NCBI GenBank assembly: GCA_022825005.1
Contig: JAJDYU010000085.1
Location: 126,947 to 190,946, forward strand
DNA: 64,000 nucleotides
Direction of reading: 5' to 3'
Source of the DNA: Acidimicrobiia bacterium
GTDB taxonomy: Bacteria; Actinomycetota; Acidimicrobiia; Acidimicrobiales; Bin134
Shown: positions 44,546 through 54,157 of the stretch, piece after piece
Layout of the letters: each line of letters opens with the position of its first letter
Position numbering within the stretch: position 1 is the first letter of the stretch
Made by a program: the position numbers and the translations under genes
The notes under the pieces: model-generated
What the model was told of the DNA's origin: nothing
Seen by the model: only the letters and a program-made list of their open reading frames with translations
The model's database searches: none

Positions 44546-46039
44546 CTAAGGATCCGACGCGAAGCTGAGAGGGATTCGGATGGTGGCCTCGGGTTCTTGT
44601 AGGCCGGAGTCATTGACGGCGATCACGCAGTCGTCGACAGTGGCATCACAGATGCCGCTGCCTACCGGGCCGACGATGACCGTCAACTCCACCGAACCCT
44701 CGCCAGTGGGATTGGGATGCAAGATCCTGGCGTTGGCGAAGTCGCAGGCGCCCGAGCCCTCCGTGCCGCCCTGGGAGCACTGGAGGATGTTCACGGTCTG
44801 CTCGGGGAGGAAGCCGCTCCAAGTGACCACCACGGATTGACCGTCGACCAGACCGGTTGTCGGCTCGGCTGATGCCTGCCGGCTGAGCTCGGGCACCTCG
44901 AATTCTACTGTCAGGCCGGAATCGGCCTCGGCGGCGAACACCAGATCGGCTTCGGGTGATAAGCGTGGCTGTTGCAAGCGTGTGGCGGCCTCGTCATCTC
45001 CGACAAAAGCCACGGCCAAGAAGTCCAAAATGGTGGTCACAACGTCGTCGAAGAGATCGCTGGTTTGACCCAGCCAAGAGCCGTGGTCCGCGCCTTCGAG
45101 GGTCAAGAGGCCCTTTATCGCTGAAATGTCGTTGAACAGCTTCGGAGAGGTTGCGTAGAGGATCAAGGGGTCCTTGGTGCCGTGGATTATCAAGATGGGC
45201 GGAGTAGCGGTGAAGTCGTATTCGCCCTCAAACGGGGCCGGCGGACCCGCCATGGCCACCACTGCACTCACCCGCTCGTCGCGGCAACAACTGTTGGCGC
45301 TGATTCCCAGCACGGTGATCGCCCCGTTGGAATGCCCTATGGCCGCGATTTGGCTGTTGTCCACCATGCCCGCCAGTGGCCATTGAGGATCGGCAGCCCG
45401 TTCGGCCACAGTGTCGATCAGAAAGCTCAGGTCGCCTGGTTGTGAGCCGGTATCGCCCGCGTCGGGACCACCAGGATTGAAACGCGAGCTGCGGGGGAAC
45501 TCGGAGGCGACAACCACGTATCCTCCTGAAGCCACCGCAGCCAGAAACTCTCCATATCCCTCCGGGAAACCGCCCAGACCGTGGGCGAACAGCACCAGCG
45601 GATAGGGGCCACCGGTCGGCGAAGCGTTCTCGACCGGAGCGGACGCGCCATCAACCGCGGCCGGGTAGACAATCAGGGTCCGAAGCGTCCGGCTATCCCT
45701 TCCGGGGTCGCCTCCGCTCCGCGGAGTCGCACGCTCATTATCGGTGTACACCTCTTCGAAGTAGCCAACCCCAGAGGCAACGGGGTCGGGCTCACTTGTG
45801 ACAGCTTCAATAGGTACCGAGGGAACCTCTACAGCTGGGGTTCCAGCCGGACTCTCACTGGTCGGTTCAACCGGAGTCGCCTCCAACGAAGGAGTTGGCT
45901 GCGTGGCGACGTCGGGCTGCCGGACATCGCTCGGAGCCTCATCCGATTGATCCGCAGATGATCCGCATGCCATCAGCAAGGCTGCAACCAGAGCGACGAG
46001 GCTGATACTGGCCGCCATGCGGCCCATCGAGTCCGACAT
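44546..46039 (-). CDS. Secreted lipoprotein: alpha/beta-hydrolase (PAF-acetylhydrolase/chlorophyllase-like esterase) with a C-terminal neocarzinostatin-like domain
   Basis: Lipobox LLMACG. YPLVLFAHGLGG and the nucleophile elbow GHSNGA. The C-terminal ~110 aa is collinear with the NCS apoprotein pattern (GLVDGQSVVVTWSGF...QC...C...C..DDC.IAV). Confidence 0.7.
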   Translation of the reverse strand: MSDSMGRMAASISLVALVAALLMACGSSADQSDEAPSDVRQPDVATQPTPSLEATPVEPTSESPAGTPAVEVPSVPIEAVTSEPDPVASGVGYFEEVYTDNERATPRSGGDPGRDSRTLRTLIVYPAAVDGASAPVENASPTGGPYPLVLFAHGLGGFPEGYGEFLAAVASGGYVVVASEFPRSSRFNPGGPDAGDTGSQPGDLSFLIDTVAERAADPQWPLAGMVDNSQIAAIGHSNGAITVLGISANSCCRDERVSAVVAMAGPPAPFEGEYDFTATPPILIIHGTKDPLILYATSPKLFNDISAIKGLLTLEGADHGSWLGQTSDLFDDVVTTILDFLAVAFVGDDEAATRLQQPRLSPEADLVFAAEADSGLTVEFEVPELSRQASAEPTTGLVDGQSVVVTWSGFLPEQTVNILQCSQGGTEGSGACDFANARILHPNPTGEGSVELTVIVGPVGSGICDATVDDCVIAVNDSGLQEPEATIRIPLSFASDP

Positions 46040-46045
46040 CTGCTC

Positions 46046-47152
46046 TCAGAATACGACTACTCCGCGGGCGTTGTGGCCGTCTTCCATCTTCTCCACGGCG
46101 CCGTTGATCTCCTCGAGATCGAATCGGTGGGTAATGAGCTTCTCGATCTCGAGCTGTCCTTGCCGGTACATCTCCACCAGCATCGGAATGTCAGTGGTGG
46201 GCCTAGAAGTGCCGTACACGCAACCCATGAGAGTCTTCTCTGTCATGCAGAACTCCAGGCCGGGCAGTTCGGTCAAAGCGCCGGCGGCTTGGACGCCGAT
46301 GGCTACCACGGTGCCGTCCTGGCGAAGGCAGTCCCAGGCCAGACGGACCAGCGAAGGTATGCCGACGACTTCGAAGGCATAATTGGCCCCTTCTCCCCCA
46401 GTGAGCCCGAACACCTGCTCAACTGTGGCTTGGGCGTCTTCGTTCTTGATGAGATGAGTGGCTCCAAAACCCTGCGCCATGGCCAGCTTGTCGTCGTGGA
46501 GGTCGACGCCGATGATCGCGCTGGCGCCAGCGAGCACAGCCCCTTGGATGACGTTGAGCCCCACGCCGCCGCAACCGATCACCACCACCGAGGATCCCGG
46601 CTGCACCTTGGCCCGGTTGAAGACTGCCGAAGTTCCCGTCAACACGCCGCAACCAGTCATGGCCGCGATCTCCAGCGACACGTCTTTGGGAATCGGTATG
46701 GCACGCCTCTCGTTGCAGACGAGCTCTTCCGAGAGGGTGCCGATGGCCGAGAACTGGTAGAGACCGCGGCCCTCGGAATCGGCCATCCGCGGCTCACCTT
46801 CGGCGGAATCGGTGCCAGTGAAAGTCAGATCCAGATTCGCCGAGCACAGGTTGGGCCGGCCCTTGAGGCAGTTCCGGCACACCCCGCAGTGAATCAGGGC
46901 CGAGAGCACCACATGGTCGCCCACCTCGCAGGTAGTGACCTCACTACCTACTTCTTCCACCACCCCGGCGCCCTCATGGCCGAGGATCATGGGGAGAGGG
47001 AACGGCAGATCACCGGTTTTCACTGCGACATCCGAGTGGCACAGGCCACTGGCGCCAACCTTGACCCGCACATCATGAGGACCGACAGCACCGGAGGTGA
47101 ACTCCACGACATCGATAGGAACACCGGCCTCATATACGACCGCTGCTTTCAT
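46046..47152 (-). CDS. Zn-dependent alcohol dehydrogenase (MDR family)
   Basis: 368 aa. GLCHSDV, GHEGAGVVEEVG, GCGGVGLN. Confidence 0.9.
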   Translation of the reverse strand: MKAAVVYEAGVPIDVVEFTSGAVGPHDVRVKVGASGLCHSDVAVKTGDLPFPLPMILGHEGAGVVEEVGSEVTTCEVGDHVVLSALIHCGVCRNCLKGRPNLCSANLDLTFTGTDSAEGEPRMADSEGRGLYQFSAIGTLSEELVCNERRAIPIPKDVSLEIAAMTGCGVLTGTSAVFNRAKVQPGSSVVVIGCGGVGLNVIQGAVLAGASAIIGVDLHDDKLAMAQGFGATHLIKNEDAQATVEQVFGLTGGEGANYAFEVVGIPSLVRLAWDCLRQDGTVVAIGVQAAGALTELPGLEFCMTEKTLMGCVYGTSRPTTDIPMLVEMYRQGQLEIEKLITHRFDLEEINGAVEKMEDGHNARGVVVF

Positions 47153-48369
47153 TACGCAACCACCCCTTTGACCTTCAAGTCGATTACCTCGTCCCAGTCC
47201 ATGCCCAGGTTCTCGGTGAGGATCTCATCGCCGTGCTCGTTGAATCCCGGAGCGCGGCCCGGTGGAGCCGGCTGCCCGTTGAACTGAACCGGAACAGCCA
47301 CCAACTTGAAGGGAATCCCGTCTTCGCTCACCACATCCTGGACATAGCCGTTGGCCTCCACTTGTAGGTCGTCGATTATCTCAAGAGTGTCCAGTGCCGG
47401 CGACCATTGGCCGGAGAAATCGGCAAAGAGCTCCCGCACTTCTTCCAGGGTGCGGCTCGCTACCACCTCCTCGACGACATCCCGAGCCTGCTTGGCATTG
47501 GCCATCAGCGCCTCATAGGTGGTGAATCGCTCGTCTTCGATCAGCTCTGGGCGCTCGATCACACCGCAGAACTCCTGCCAGTACGGAAGGGGCTGAAGGC
47601 AGCTGATGTTGATGGTGTAGCCGTCGGCGGTGACATAGTTGCCGAGGAGCGGCTGGATGTGCCCGCTCAGATCAACCGGACGCCATGGCGTGTTGTTGAC
47701 ATGCGACATGGCCACGCCCGCTCCCATGGCCCACAGTCCGGTGCCCAGCAGCGACACCTCCAACGCTACGGCCTCTCCGGTCCGCTCGCGATGGAACAAC
47801 GCGGTGGCAATCCCCCCGGCAATGGTCATCGCCCCGATCGAATCCCCGAAGGCCGGGCCCGGCTGAGTAGGCATGCGCTCATCGTCGGTGTACCAGGTGC
47901 CCTTGGCCGCCCCAGACCGCACCCAGAAAGAGGTCATGTCGTAGCCGCCCCGATTGCCCTCCGGTCCCTCGGGACCCCACGCGGTTCCCGCCGCGTACAC
48001 GACATTCTCGTTGTGGGGCCGCACCTCCTCCTCGGTGATGTGCAGCCGCTCTCGCACATTGGGCGGCTTATTGGTGAGGAAGACATCAGAAATGGCGATG
48101 AGCCTGTGCAGAATCGACAACCCCTCCTCGGTTTGGAGGTCGAGGCCGAGGCTGCGCTTTCCCCGGTTGGCGTGTTCCATGATGGCATGGACCCGTCCCC
48201 CGAGGTCGAGTGCTCCGCTCGACGCCAGACCCCGAGCAGCGTCCCCCCGCTGGGCGTGCTCGATCTTGATGACATCGGCCCCCCAGTCGGCCAGCACCGC
48301 CGAAGCCGCCGGCACAAAGGTGTGATCGCAGACATCCAATATCCGGATGCCATCCATTGGCTGAACCAT
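47152..48369 (-). CDS. Family III CoA-transferase (CaiB/BaiF type)
   Basis: MVQPMDGIRILDVCDHTFVPAASAVLADWGADVIKIE. Start at ATG 48369. The rest of the 783-aa track ORF is an antisense extension. Confidence 0.9.
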   Translation of the reverse strand: MVQPMDGIRILDVCDHTFVPAASAVLADWGADVIKIEHAQRGDAARGLASSGALDLGGRVHAIMEHANRGKRSLGLDLQTEEGLSILHRLIAISDVFLTNKPPNVRERLHITEEEVRPHNENVVYAAGTAWGPEGPEGNRGGYDMTSFWVRSGAAKGTWYTDDERMPTQPGPAFGDSIGAMTIAGGIATALFHRERTGEAVALEVSLLGTGLWAMGAGVAMSHVNNTPWRPVDLSGHIQPLLGNYVTADGYTINISCLQPLPYWQEFCGVIERPELIEDERFTTYEALMANAKQARDVVEEVVASRTLEEVRELFADFSGQWSPALDTLEIIDDLQVEANGYVQDVVSEDGIPFKLVAVPVQFNGQPAPPGRAPGFNEHGDEILTENLGMDWDEVIDLKVKGVVA

Positions 48370-48426
48370 GATGAACTTCTCTCTTCCGACCGGCTTTGTC
48401 AGGGACGCTACCAATACGCTCTGCCC

Positions 48427-49740
48427 ATGAGCGAGATTGATTCTGCGTGGGGGAAGTATCCCGGGTATGCCATCGACCTGGTCCCGTGGTCGGGCCGGGG
48501 GCAAGCGACGTTCAATGGCACCGTCGTGGCCGAAAGCGATTCTTGCCTGATTGTCAAGGAGTCGGATCATCAGGACCAGCTCTACTTCCCCATGGGCGAT
48601 GTCGTGTGGGAGCACTTCGCCGAGTCCGACCTGAACACGGTGTGCCCATTCAAAGGTGAGGCCGACTATTGGTCGCTGACCGTTGGCGATGAGACCGGGG
48701 AGAACGTGGTTTGGGCTTACCGCCAACCGTTCCCCGAAGTCGCCGGCTTGGAGGGCCACGTGGCCTTTTACACCGATCAGGTTCAAGTGGCGCTCCTGGA
48801 AGAGGTGGCCGAAGACGACGACGTGGTGGCCTACCGCTTCCCGGTCTGGGGCACGGCCGCCGATCTGGCTCGATTGATCGACGTGGTGCCCGACGGCGAC
48901 GGGCGGTTCACCAGTCCGTCGTTCCCCGACCCGCCTTTGGGCACCTTCGTCGATATTCCCGACCGCTTCCGACCCCGCCAGGTGATCGAGGGCGGCCAGC
49001 TTTTGGGCCAGGCCATTGTGGCGGCGTCCAAGACCGTGCCCGACCAGCGGGTGGTGTCGGCTTCGATGGTCTTCACCAAAGCGGCCCGGTTCGACTCTCC
49101 TCTGGCCGTCGAAGTGGACGTGCTGCGCCAAGGCCGGACCTACTCCACCGTGGAGACCCGTATCGTCCAGCACGACAAGCTGTGCTCGGTGGGGTTGGTT
49201 CTGCACGACAGCGGCGCCGAGGACGTCTACCGGGTGACCGCGGAGATGCCTGATGTGCCTGGACCGCTGGAGTGTCCGCTGCGGGACTTCCAGGTGATCG
49301 GGCGGGACATCCGGGTGGTGGACGGGGCTTACAACTTCGATCCTGATGATGTCGGTCCCCCGGAGCTGTTCGTGTGGATGCGCTATCGCGACCGCCCTGA
49401 GTCCCCGGTCATGCAGGCTGCCCTGTTGGCCCAGGCCACCACCCACTACACCATCGGTGCGTCGATGCGACCCTTCCAGGGCATCACCGAGGCATTGGCC
49501 CACAGGACCCTGTCAACCGGTCCCATGACCGTCGACATGTCCTTTCATGACGATGCCGATGCCGGGGAGTGGCACCTCTACGAGAATCCGGCCATCTATG
49601 CCGGGCGCGGCCACGTGCAAGGGCAGGGCCGCATCTTCTCCCAGGACGGCCGCCTGGTGGCCTCCTACTCGCTTCACGCCATGGTCCGGTCGTTTGAGAC
49701 CGACGCCAAGAAGATCGGCGGGTTCACCTCGGCGATGTGA
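48427..49740 (+). CDS. Fusion protein: N-terminal DUF427 domain + acyl-CoA thioesterase II (TesB-like double hotdog)
   Basis: MSEIDSAWGKYPGYAIDL...LYFPMGDV...TVCPFKGEADYWSL...VAFY (DUF427 pattern). This is followed by QVIEGGQLLGQAIVAASKTV...VLRQGRTYSTVETRIVQ (TesB pattern). Start at ATG 48427. Confidence 0.75.
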   Translation: MSEIDSAWGKYPGYAIDLVPWSGRGQATFNGTVVAESDSCLIVKESDHQDQLYFPMGDVVWEHFAESDLNTVCPFKGEADYWSLTVGDETGENVVWAYRQPFPEVAGLEGHVAFYTDQVQVALLEEVAEDDDVVAYRFPVWGTAADLARLIDVVPDGDGRFTSPSFPDPPLGTFVDIPDRFRPRQVIEGGQLLGQAIVAASKTVPDQRVVSASMVFTKAARFDSPLAVEVDVLRQGRTYSTVETRIVQHDKLCSVGLVLHDSGAEDVYRVTAEMPDVPGPLECPLRDFQVIGRDIRVVDGAYNFDPDDVGPPELFVWMRYRDRPESPVMQAALLAQATTHYTIGASMRPFQGITEALAHRTLSTGPMTVDMSFHDDADAGEWHLYENPAIYAGRGHVQGQGRIFSQDGRLVASYSLHAMVRSFETDAKKIGGFTSAM

Positions 49741-49788
49741 CGGAGGGACAGGGCACCCTTGCCCTCGGCCCGATGTGCTCCCGACCAG

Positions 49789-50637
49789 CTATTGGGTGAG
49801 TAGGTCTGGCTCGACGATGTCGACCAGCATCTCCATCGACCGGACCCATGCCTCGGCGTCGGTTCTCCACGGCGCCGATACCACGTGCTCCACACCAGCT
49901 TCGACATAACGGTCCCGCTCATCGCGGATTTGGGCTGGGTCCATGCCCTGGGGATCCCAGCCGGTGCGGTATGAGAAGGTGAACTCAGCCTCCGAGCGGC
50001 TGTCGGCCAGTTGGGCCTGGATGTCGGACACGATCCTCCCCATTTCTTCGGGAGGTTTGCTCAATCCCTGATAGCCGTCCCCCACCGCGGCGGCCCGGTC
50101 ATATCCGGGCTGGCTGCTGCCGCCGACCCAGATGGGGATCGGGTGGGCCGGCTGGGGCAGCACCTTGATGTCTTCAAACTGGTAGTGATTCCCCTGGTAG
50201 GAGGCAGGAGATTCGGACCACACCAAGCGCATAATCTCCAACGCCTCGTCCATGCGCGCCCCCCGGGTGTGGAAATCCTGCCCCAGGGCCGAGAACTCAG
50301 CCTCCGACCATCCCACCCCGGCACCAACGGTCAGACGTCCGCCGCTCAGCTGGTCGAGGCTGGCCAGGCTGTTGGCCAAGTGCAGCGGATGGTATTGGGG
50401 AACCACCATCACGCTGGTGCCCAGTCCGATTCGCTCTGTTGCCGCCGCGGCCCAACCCAAGGTGAGCAAGGGATCGAACAAGTACGAAGCCGGATATCCC
50501 TGGTCGGCTGGATAGACGAGGTGGTCGCTCACCCACACATCGGCAAGGCCGATCTCTTCGGCCCGCATGGCGATCTGGGCGATTGCTTCCGGTGACGCCG
50601 CCCGACCGTACTGAGGCAGGTGGATTCCTAGTCGCAA
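49789..50637 (-). CDS. LLM-class flavin/F420-dependent oxidoreductase
   Basis: RLGIHLPQYG...VWVSDHL...GRLTVGAGVGW. Start set at TTG 50637 (AGAGGA upstream). The track start 50751 overlaps the upstream gene. Confidence 0.8.
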   Translation of the reverse strand: MRLGIHLPQYGRAASPEAIAQIAMRAEEIGLADVWVSDHLVYPADQGYPASYLFDPLLTLGWAAAATERIGLGTSVMVVPQYHPLHLANSLASLDQLSGGRLTVGAGVGWSEAEFSALGQDFHTRGARMDEALEIMRLVWSESPASYQGNHYQFEDIKVLPQPAHPIPIWVGGSSQPGYDRAAAVGDGYQGLSKPPEEMGRIVSDIQAQLADSRSEAEFTFSYRTGWDPQGMDPAQIRDERDRYVEAGVEHVVSAPWRTDAEAWVRSMEMLVDIVEPDLLTQ

Positions 50638-50662
50638 AGGAGTTCCTCTCTTGTTCCGGCGC

Positions 50663-51856
50663 TCACTGGTTCCACCGGGCTCGTGGCAGTTGCTTCTCTT
50701 TGTCGATGAAGGGCAGCAACTCCACGGTCGCCTCATGCAACTCCCCGTCATGGTCCTGCAACTGAACCCCTTTGCCCGTCCACTCGTCTCTGGGCAGTGG
50801 CCGGTCGAAACGCACGTAGCCCACTCCCTCGTCCCGCGTGGGCGACCAGGTGCCGATGGTTATGTGCCCTGCCGGAGCGTTCTCGTAGTGCACGGTCATA
50901 TAGGTCTCCGGCGTCGCGGTCGGACAGACCAGCCCAAGCAATAGCTGGCTGCGGTCAGCCTTTTCCAACGCAGCTCGGCCGATGAAATCTCCCTTGTCGA
51001 AGTTGACAAAGTGACCGAGGCCAGCGCTGAACGGGGTCAGATCCGGCTCTATGTCGCTGCCGTTGTCCAAGATTCCAGCCTCGACGCGGCGAATTCCCAT
51101 GGAAGACGACGTGCTGAACTCCATGCCGAACTGCTCACCGCTAGTGAATATGTGGTCCCACAAAGCATCGTGGTCGGTGGGTTCTGGACCGCTGTTGCAA
51201 TAGACCTCAATCCCCACTTCTCCGGTCCATCCGGTTCGAGACACCCACAGTGTCTGGCCCCCAATGTCGAAGAACCCGGCCCGGAAGTACTTGAAGTCGG
51301 CTGGCAACCCGCCGCCGATGGCGGCATTCAGCACATCCAGCGACTTCGGCCCCTGGATTTGGAGCACCTGTGACTGTGGATCGGACACCTCGGCATCAAG
51401 CCCGATGGCGGCGGCCTTGAGCCAGCTGATGAACTCTCCGTTGGCCTTGACATACCAGTAGCGATCCGTTTCCAGCTTCATGACCACGCCGTCCATCACA
51501 ATTCTGCCGTCCTCATAACAGGCGAGGGCGTACCGGCATCGCCCCACCCCGAGTGTCTCCGCCTGGCACACGAGAACTCTCTCCAGCACCCGAACTGCAT
51601 CGGGACCGACGATCTCAATGGGCTGCTCTGGAACGTCGTACAGCAAGACGCCATTGCGCAACTTCCAATAGTTGGGTACCGGATCCTCGTCGTGGGACGC
51701 CTTCAGCGGGTACAGCCGACCGCAGTACAAGCCGAAAATCGTCGACTCAGTGGCATACCGACTAGCAAACGGCGATTGATGCTGTCGATAAGAACTGAAC
51801 TCGACCGTGTCAAACGCCTCGATGTAGTAATGCCTCTCCCCCGCCATAGAGACCAC
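50663..51856 (-). CDS. Aminomethyltransferase (GcvT/DmdA-like, folate-dependent) family protein
   Basis: 397 aa. LYDVPEQPIEIVGPDA..., QIQGPKS, SRTGWTGEVGIEVY. Confidence 0.8.
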   Translation of the reverse strand: MVSMAGERHYYIEAFDTVEFSSYRQHQSPFASRYATESTIFGLYCGRLYPLKASHDEDPVPNYWKLRNGVLLYDVPEQPIEIVGPDAVRVLERVLVCQAETLGVGRCRYALACYEDGRIVMDGVVMKLETDRYWYVKANGEFISWLKAAAIGLDAEVSDPQSQVLQIQGPKSLDVLNAAIGGGLPADFKYFRAGFFDIGGQTLWVSRTGWTGEVGIEVYCNSGPEPTDHDALWDHIFTSGEQFGMEFSTSSSMGIRRVEAGILDNGSDIEPDLTPFSAGLGHFVNFDKGDFIGRAALEKADRSQLLLGLVCPTATPETYMTVHYENAPAGHITIGTWSPTRDEGVGYVRFDRPLPRDEWTGKGVQLQDHDGELHEATVELLPFIDKEKQLPRARWNQ

Positions 51857-51914
51857 AAACTACTGCCATTACCATCGGGCGGGTGAACGCCTGTAGCGAT
51901 CATGGACACAGCGT

Positions 51915-52433
51915 GTGAAGTCGCGTCTAGAACTGGTTCTCGGCGACATCACGGCTGAGAACGTAGATGCAATTGTGAACGCAGCGAATCACACGCTGTT
52001 GGGGGGTGGCGGGGTGGATGGGGCTATTCATCGGGCGGCGGGGCCGGAGTTGGTCGAGTATTGCCGGACTTTGGGCGGGTGTGAGACGGGGCAGGCGAAG
52101 ATCACGCCGGGGTTCAACCTTGCGGCTCGTTGGGTCATTCACACGGTGGGGCCGGTTTGGCACGGCGGGGAGCACGGAGAACCGGAGCTGCTGGCTTCCT
52201 GCTACCGGGAGTCGTTGGCCAGGGCCGACGAGGTTGGGGCGGAGTCGGTTGCCTTTCCGGCCGTTTCTACTGGTGTATTCGGGTATCCGATTGATGCGGC
52301 GGCCGCCATTGCGGTGGAGACTCTCCGCACCACTCCTACCCAGGTGAACGAAGTTCGGCTTGTGGCCTTCAACCAGGAAACGGTGGACGCCTACAAGAGC
52401 GTTCTCGATCTCAGCACCGACGCTGATCCCTAA
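51915..52433 (+). CDS. Macro-domain protein (O-acetyl-ADP-ribose deacetylase, YmdB-like)
   Basis: [35 protein letters not shown] start. Confidence 0.9.
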   Translation: MKSRLELVLGDITAENVDAIVNAANHTLLGGGGVDGAIHRAAGPELVEYCRTLGGCETGQAKITPGFNLAARWVIHTVGPVWHGGEHGEPELLASCYRESLARADEVGAESVAFPAVSTGVFGYPIDAAAAIAVETLRTTPTQVNEVRLVAFNQETVDAYKSVLDLSTDADP

Positions 52434-52446
52434 AACTCGCCCTCGA

Positions 52447-53328
52447 TCAGGCTTTGCGCTGGCTGTAGTCGCCGAAGGGCCCGTCGCGTTGGGCAACTGC
52501 GGCGGGGACACCCTCGGTCATGGCCGTGTCGATGAAGGCCAAAGCTTCGGGGGTGTTGCGCATCGCCCCGTCGAGGATCGATCCGAGCACCTGGGAATTC
52601 CGCAGCCCCATCCCCTCGTAGGCCTGGTTGACCACCAGTTTCATGGCGGCCAGCTGCGACGACGGGATGCTTGCCAGCTGTTCGGCCAACTCCTCCACTG
52701 CCTCATCGAGTTGGTCGGCTGGGACTGCTTGGTTGATGAGTTCCACCCGAGCTGCCTCGGTGCCGGAGAGTGGTTTGCCGGTCAGGGCGTACTCCTTGGC
52801 CTTGGCCAGCCCTAGCCGGTACACCCACATCGCGGTCAGGTAGCAGCCCCACATCCGGGAATACGGCGTGCCGATCTGCGCGTCTTCAGCCGCGACAACT
52901 AGATCGGCCGAGAGGGCCATGTCTGACCCACCCCCCACACACCACCCATGCACCTGGGCAATGGTGGGTTTCGGGCTCGACCAGAGGCCCATGAAGTTCG
53001 GGACCGGCGCATCCCAGCGGTTGGTGACCCCGATGGCATCTCGTCCTGGATCCCAAGCCCGTCCCTCACCCCGCGCTGCGGCAAGGTCGCCGTCAGCGCC
53101 GAAGTCGAAACCGGCGCAAAATGCCCGCCCAGCGCCCCGCAGCACAATCACCTTCACATCAGGATCGCGGTTCGCCTCCGCAATGAAGTGGTCGAGCTGT
53201 GTCCACATGGGACGGACAATGGCGTTCAGATAGTCAGGACGATTCAGAGTGATCGTCGCAGTGGCTCCGTCAGTGCTGTACAAGATGTAGTTGTCGCTCA
53301 TGGGAGCCCAATCTACGGTGTCGTTCAT
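52447..53328 (-). CDS. Enoyl-CoA hydratase/crotonase family protein
   Basis: 293 aa. ITLNRPDYLNA...GAGRAFCAGFD. Confidence 0.85.
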   Translation of the reverse strand: MNDTVDWAPMSDNYILYSTDGATATITLNRPDYLNAIVRPMWTQLDHFIAEANRDPDVKVIVLRGAGRAFCAGFDFGADGDLAAARGEGRAWDPGRDAIGVTNRWDAPVPNFMGLWSSPKPTIAQVHGWCVGGGSDMALSADLVVAAEDAQIGTPYSRMWGCYLTAMWVYRLGLAKAKEYALTGKPLSGTEAARVELINQAVPADQLDEAVEELAEQLASIPSSQLAAMKLVVNQAYEGMGLRNSQVLGSILDGAMRNTPEALAFIDTAMTEGVPAAVAQRDGPFGDYSQRKA

Positions 53329-53373
53329 GGCGTCCTGTCAAGCGGCGCGGTCAGTCGCCGTCGGGGTCCGCGC

Positions 53374-54132
53374 TCAACCCTCGAGTTCCCACGAGATCCG
53401 CATCCATACATCCAGCGTCTCTCCTGGCTCAAGAACCACCGGGTTGCGGTTGAATGCATCGGGGGCGTCGCTTTGGGGCTCCACGCATACCAGATCGGGC
53501 TCTTCGTTGTAGACCACCCATGAGGTCATGTTGGATTCAAGCCATATCGAACCGAAGCCGGGCCAGCGCACGACAGGAGGTTCGACAACATCGCCGAAGC
53601 AGTCGTCCCACGGACCGGGCGGAACCAGTACTTGCTCCCCTGTCGGAATCCCGACATCGTCTCGCTGCCACATGTACCCGCTGTTGATCGACAGCTCAGC
53701 CGGGTTGCCCTTCGACAATTGCCTAAGAAAGCACGGATGCCAGCCGGCCATTGCCGGCATCCGCTGAGTCGCCTGTACCGACATGGTGACTAGCAGCGAC
53801 TGGTCCGACACCTCGAAGTGCTGCTCCAACCCTCCGCCAAAGGGCCACAGCCCCTCCATGTTCAGATGCAGAGTCGCAGGGCCGGTCTCCTCCCAACTGG
53901 CCCGATACGCCACCCCGTGAATGGCGTGCGGGGGAAGATCCAGCTCCAGCTGGTATTCCTCGCCGTCGAACTCGAACCGGCCGTCGCGTATCCGCCCGGC
54001 CCAAGGCACCATCGGATAACACCCCCAAAGCAACCAGTCGCAACCCTGGCGCGGGGCCAGGAGCTCAACCCCACCCACCTCCAGCGATGCAATCCGACCA
54101 CCATTGGCCGGATCAAGGCGCAAAGCCACCAC
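53374..54132 (-). CDS. Aldose 1-epimerase (mutarotase-like) family protein
   Basis: LRLDPANGGRIASLEVGGVELL...GCYPMVPWAGRI..HGV. Start placed at GTG 54132 or TTG 54138 (GGAGAA upstream). The track start 54300 overlaps the upstream gene. Confidence 0.6.
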   Translation of the reverse strand: MVALRLDPANGGRIASLEVGGVELLAPRQGCDWLLWGCYPMVPWAGRIRDGRFEFDGEEYQLELDLPPHAIHGVAYRASWEETGPATLHLNMEGLWPFGGGLEQHFEVSDQSLLVTMSVQATQRMPAMAGWHPCFLRQLSKGNPAELSINSGYMWQRDDVGIPTGEQVLVPPGPWDDCFGDVVEPPVVRWPGFGSIWLESNMTSWVVYNEEPDLVCVEPQSDAPDAFNRNPVVLEPGETLDVWMRISWELEG

Positions 54133-54157
54133 AATCAATTCTCCAGCTTCGGGCGAG

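Noticed and set aside
47152-49740. 783-aa minus ORF (47152..49503) and 777-aa plus ORF (47407..49740), which overlap each other almost completely
   Set aside because: Only the 3' 405 codons of the minus ORF (CoA-transferase, from ATG 48369) look like real protein. The same holds for the 3' 437 codons of the plus ORF (DUF427-TesB, from ATG 48427). The remaining halves are mutual antisense read-through with junk-like sequence.
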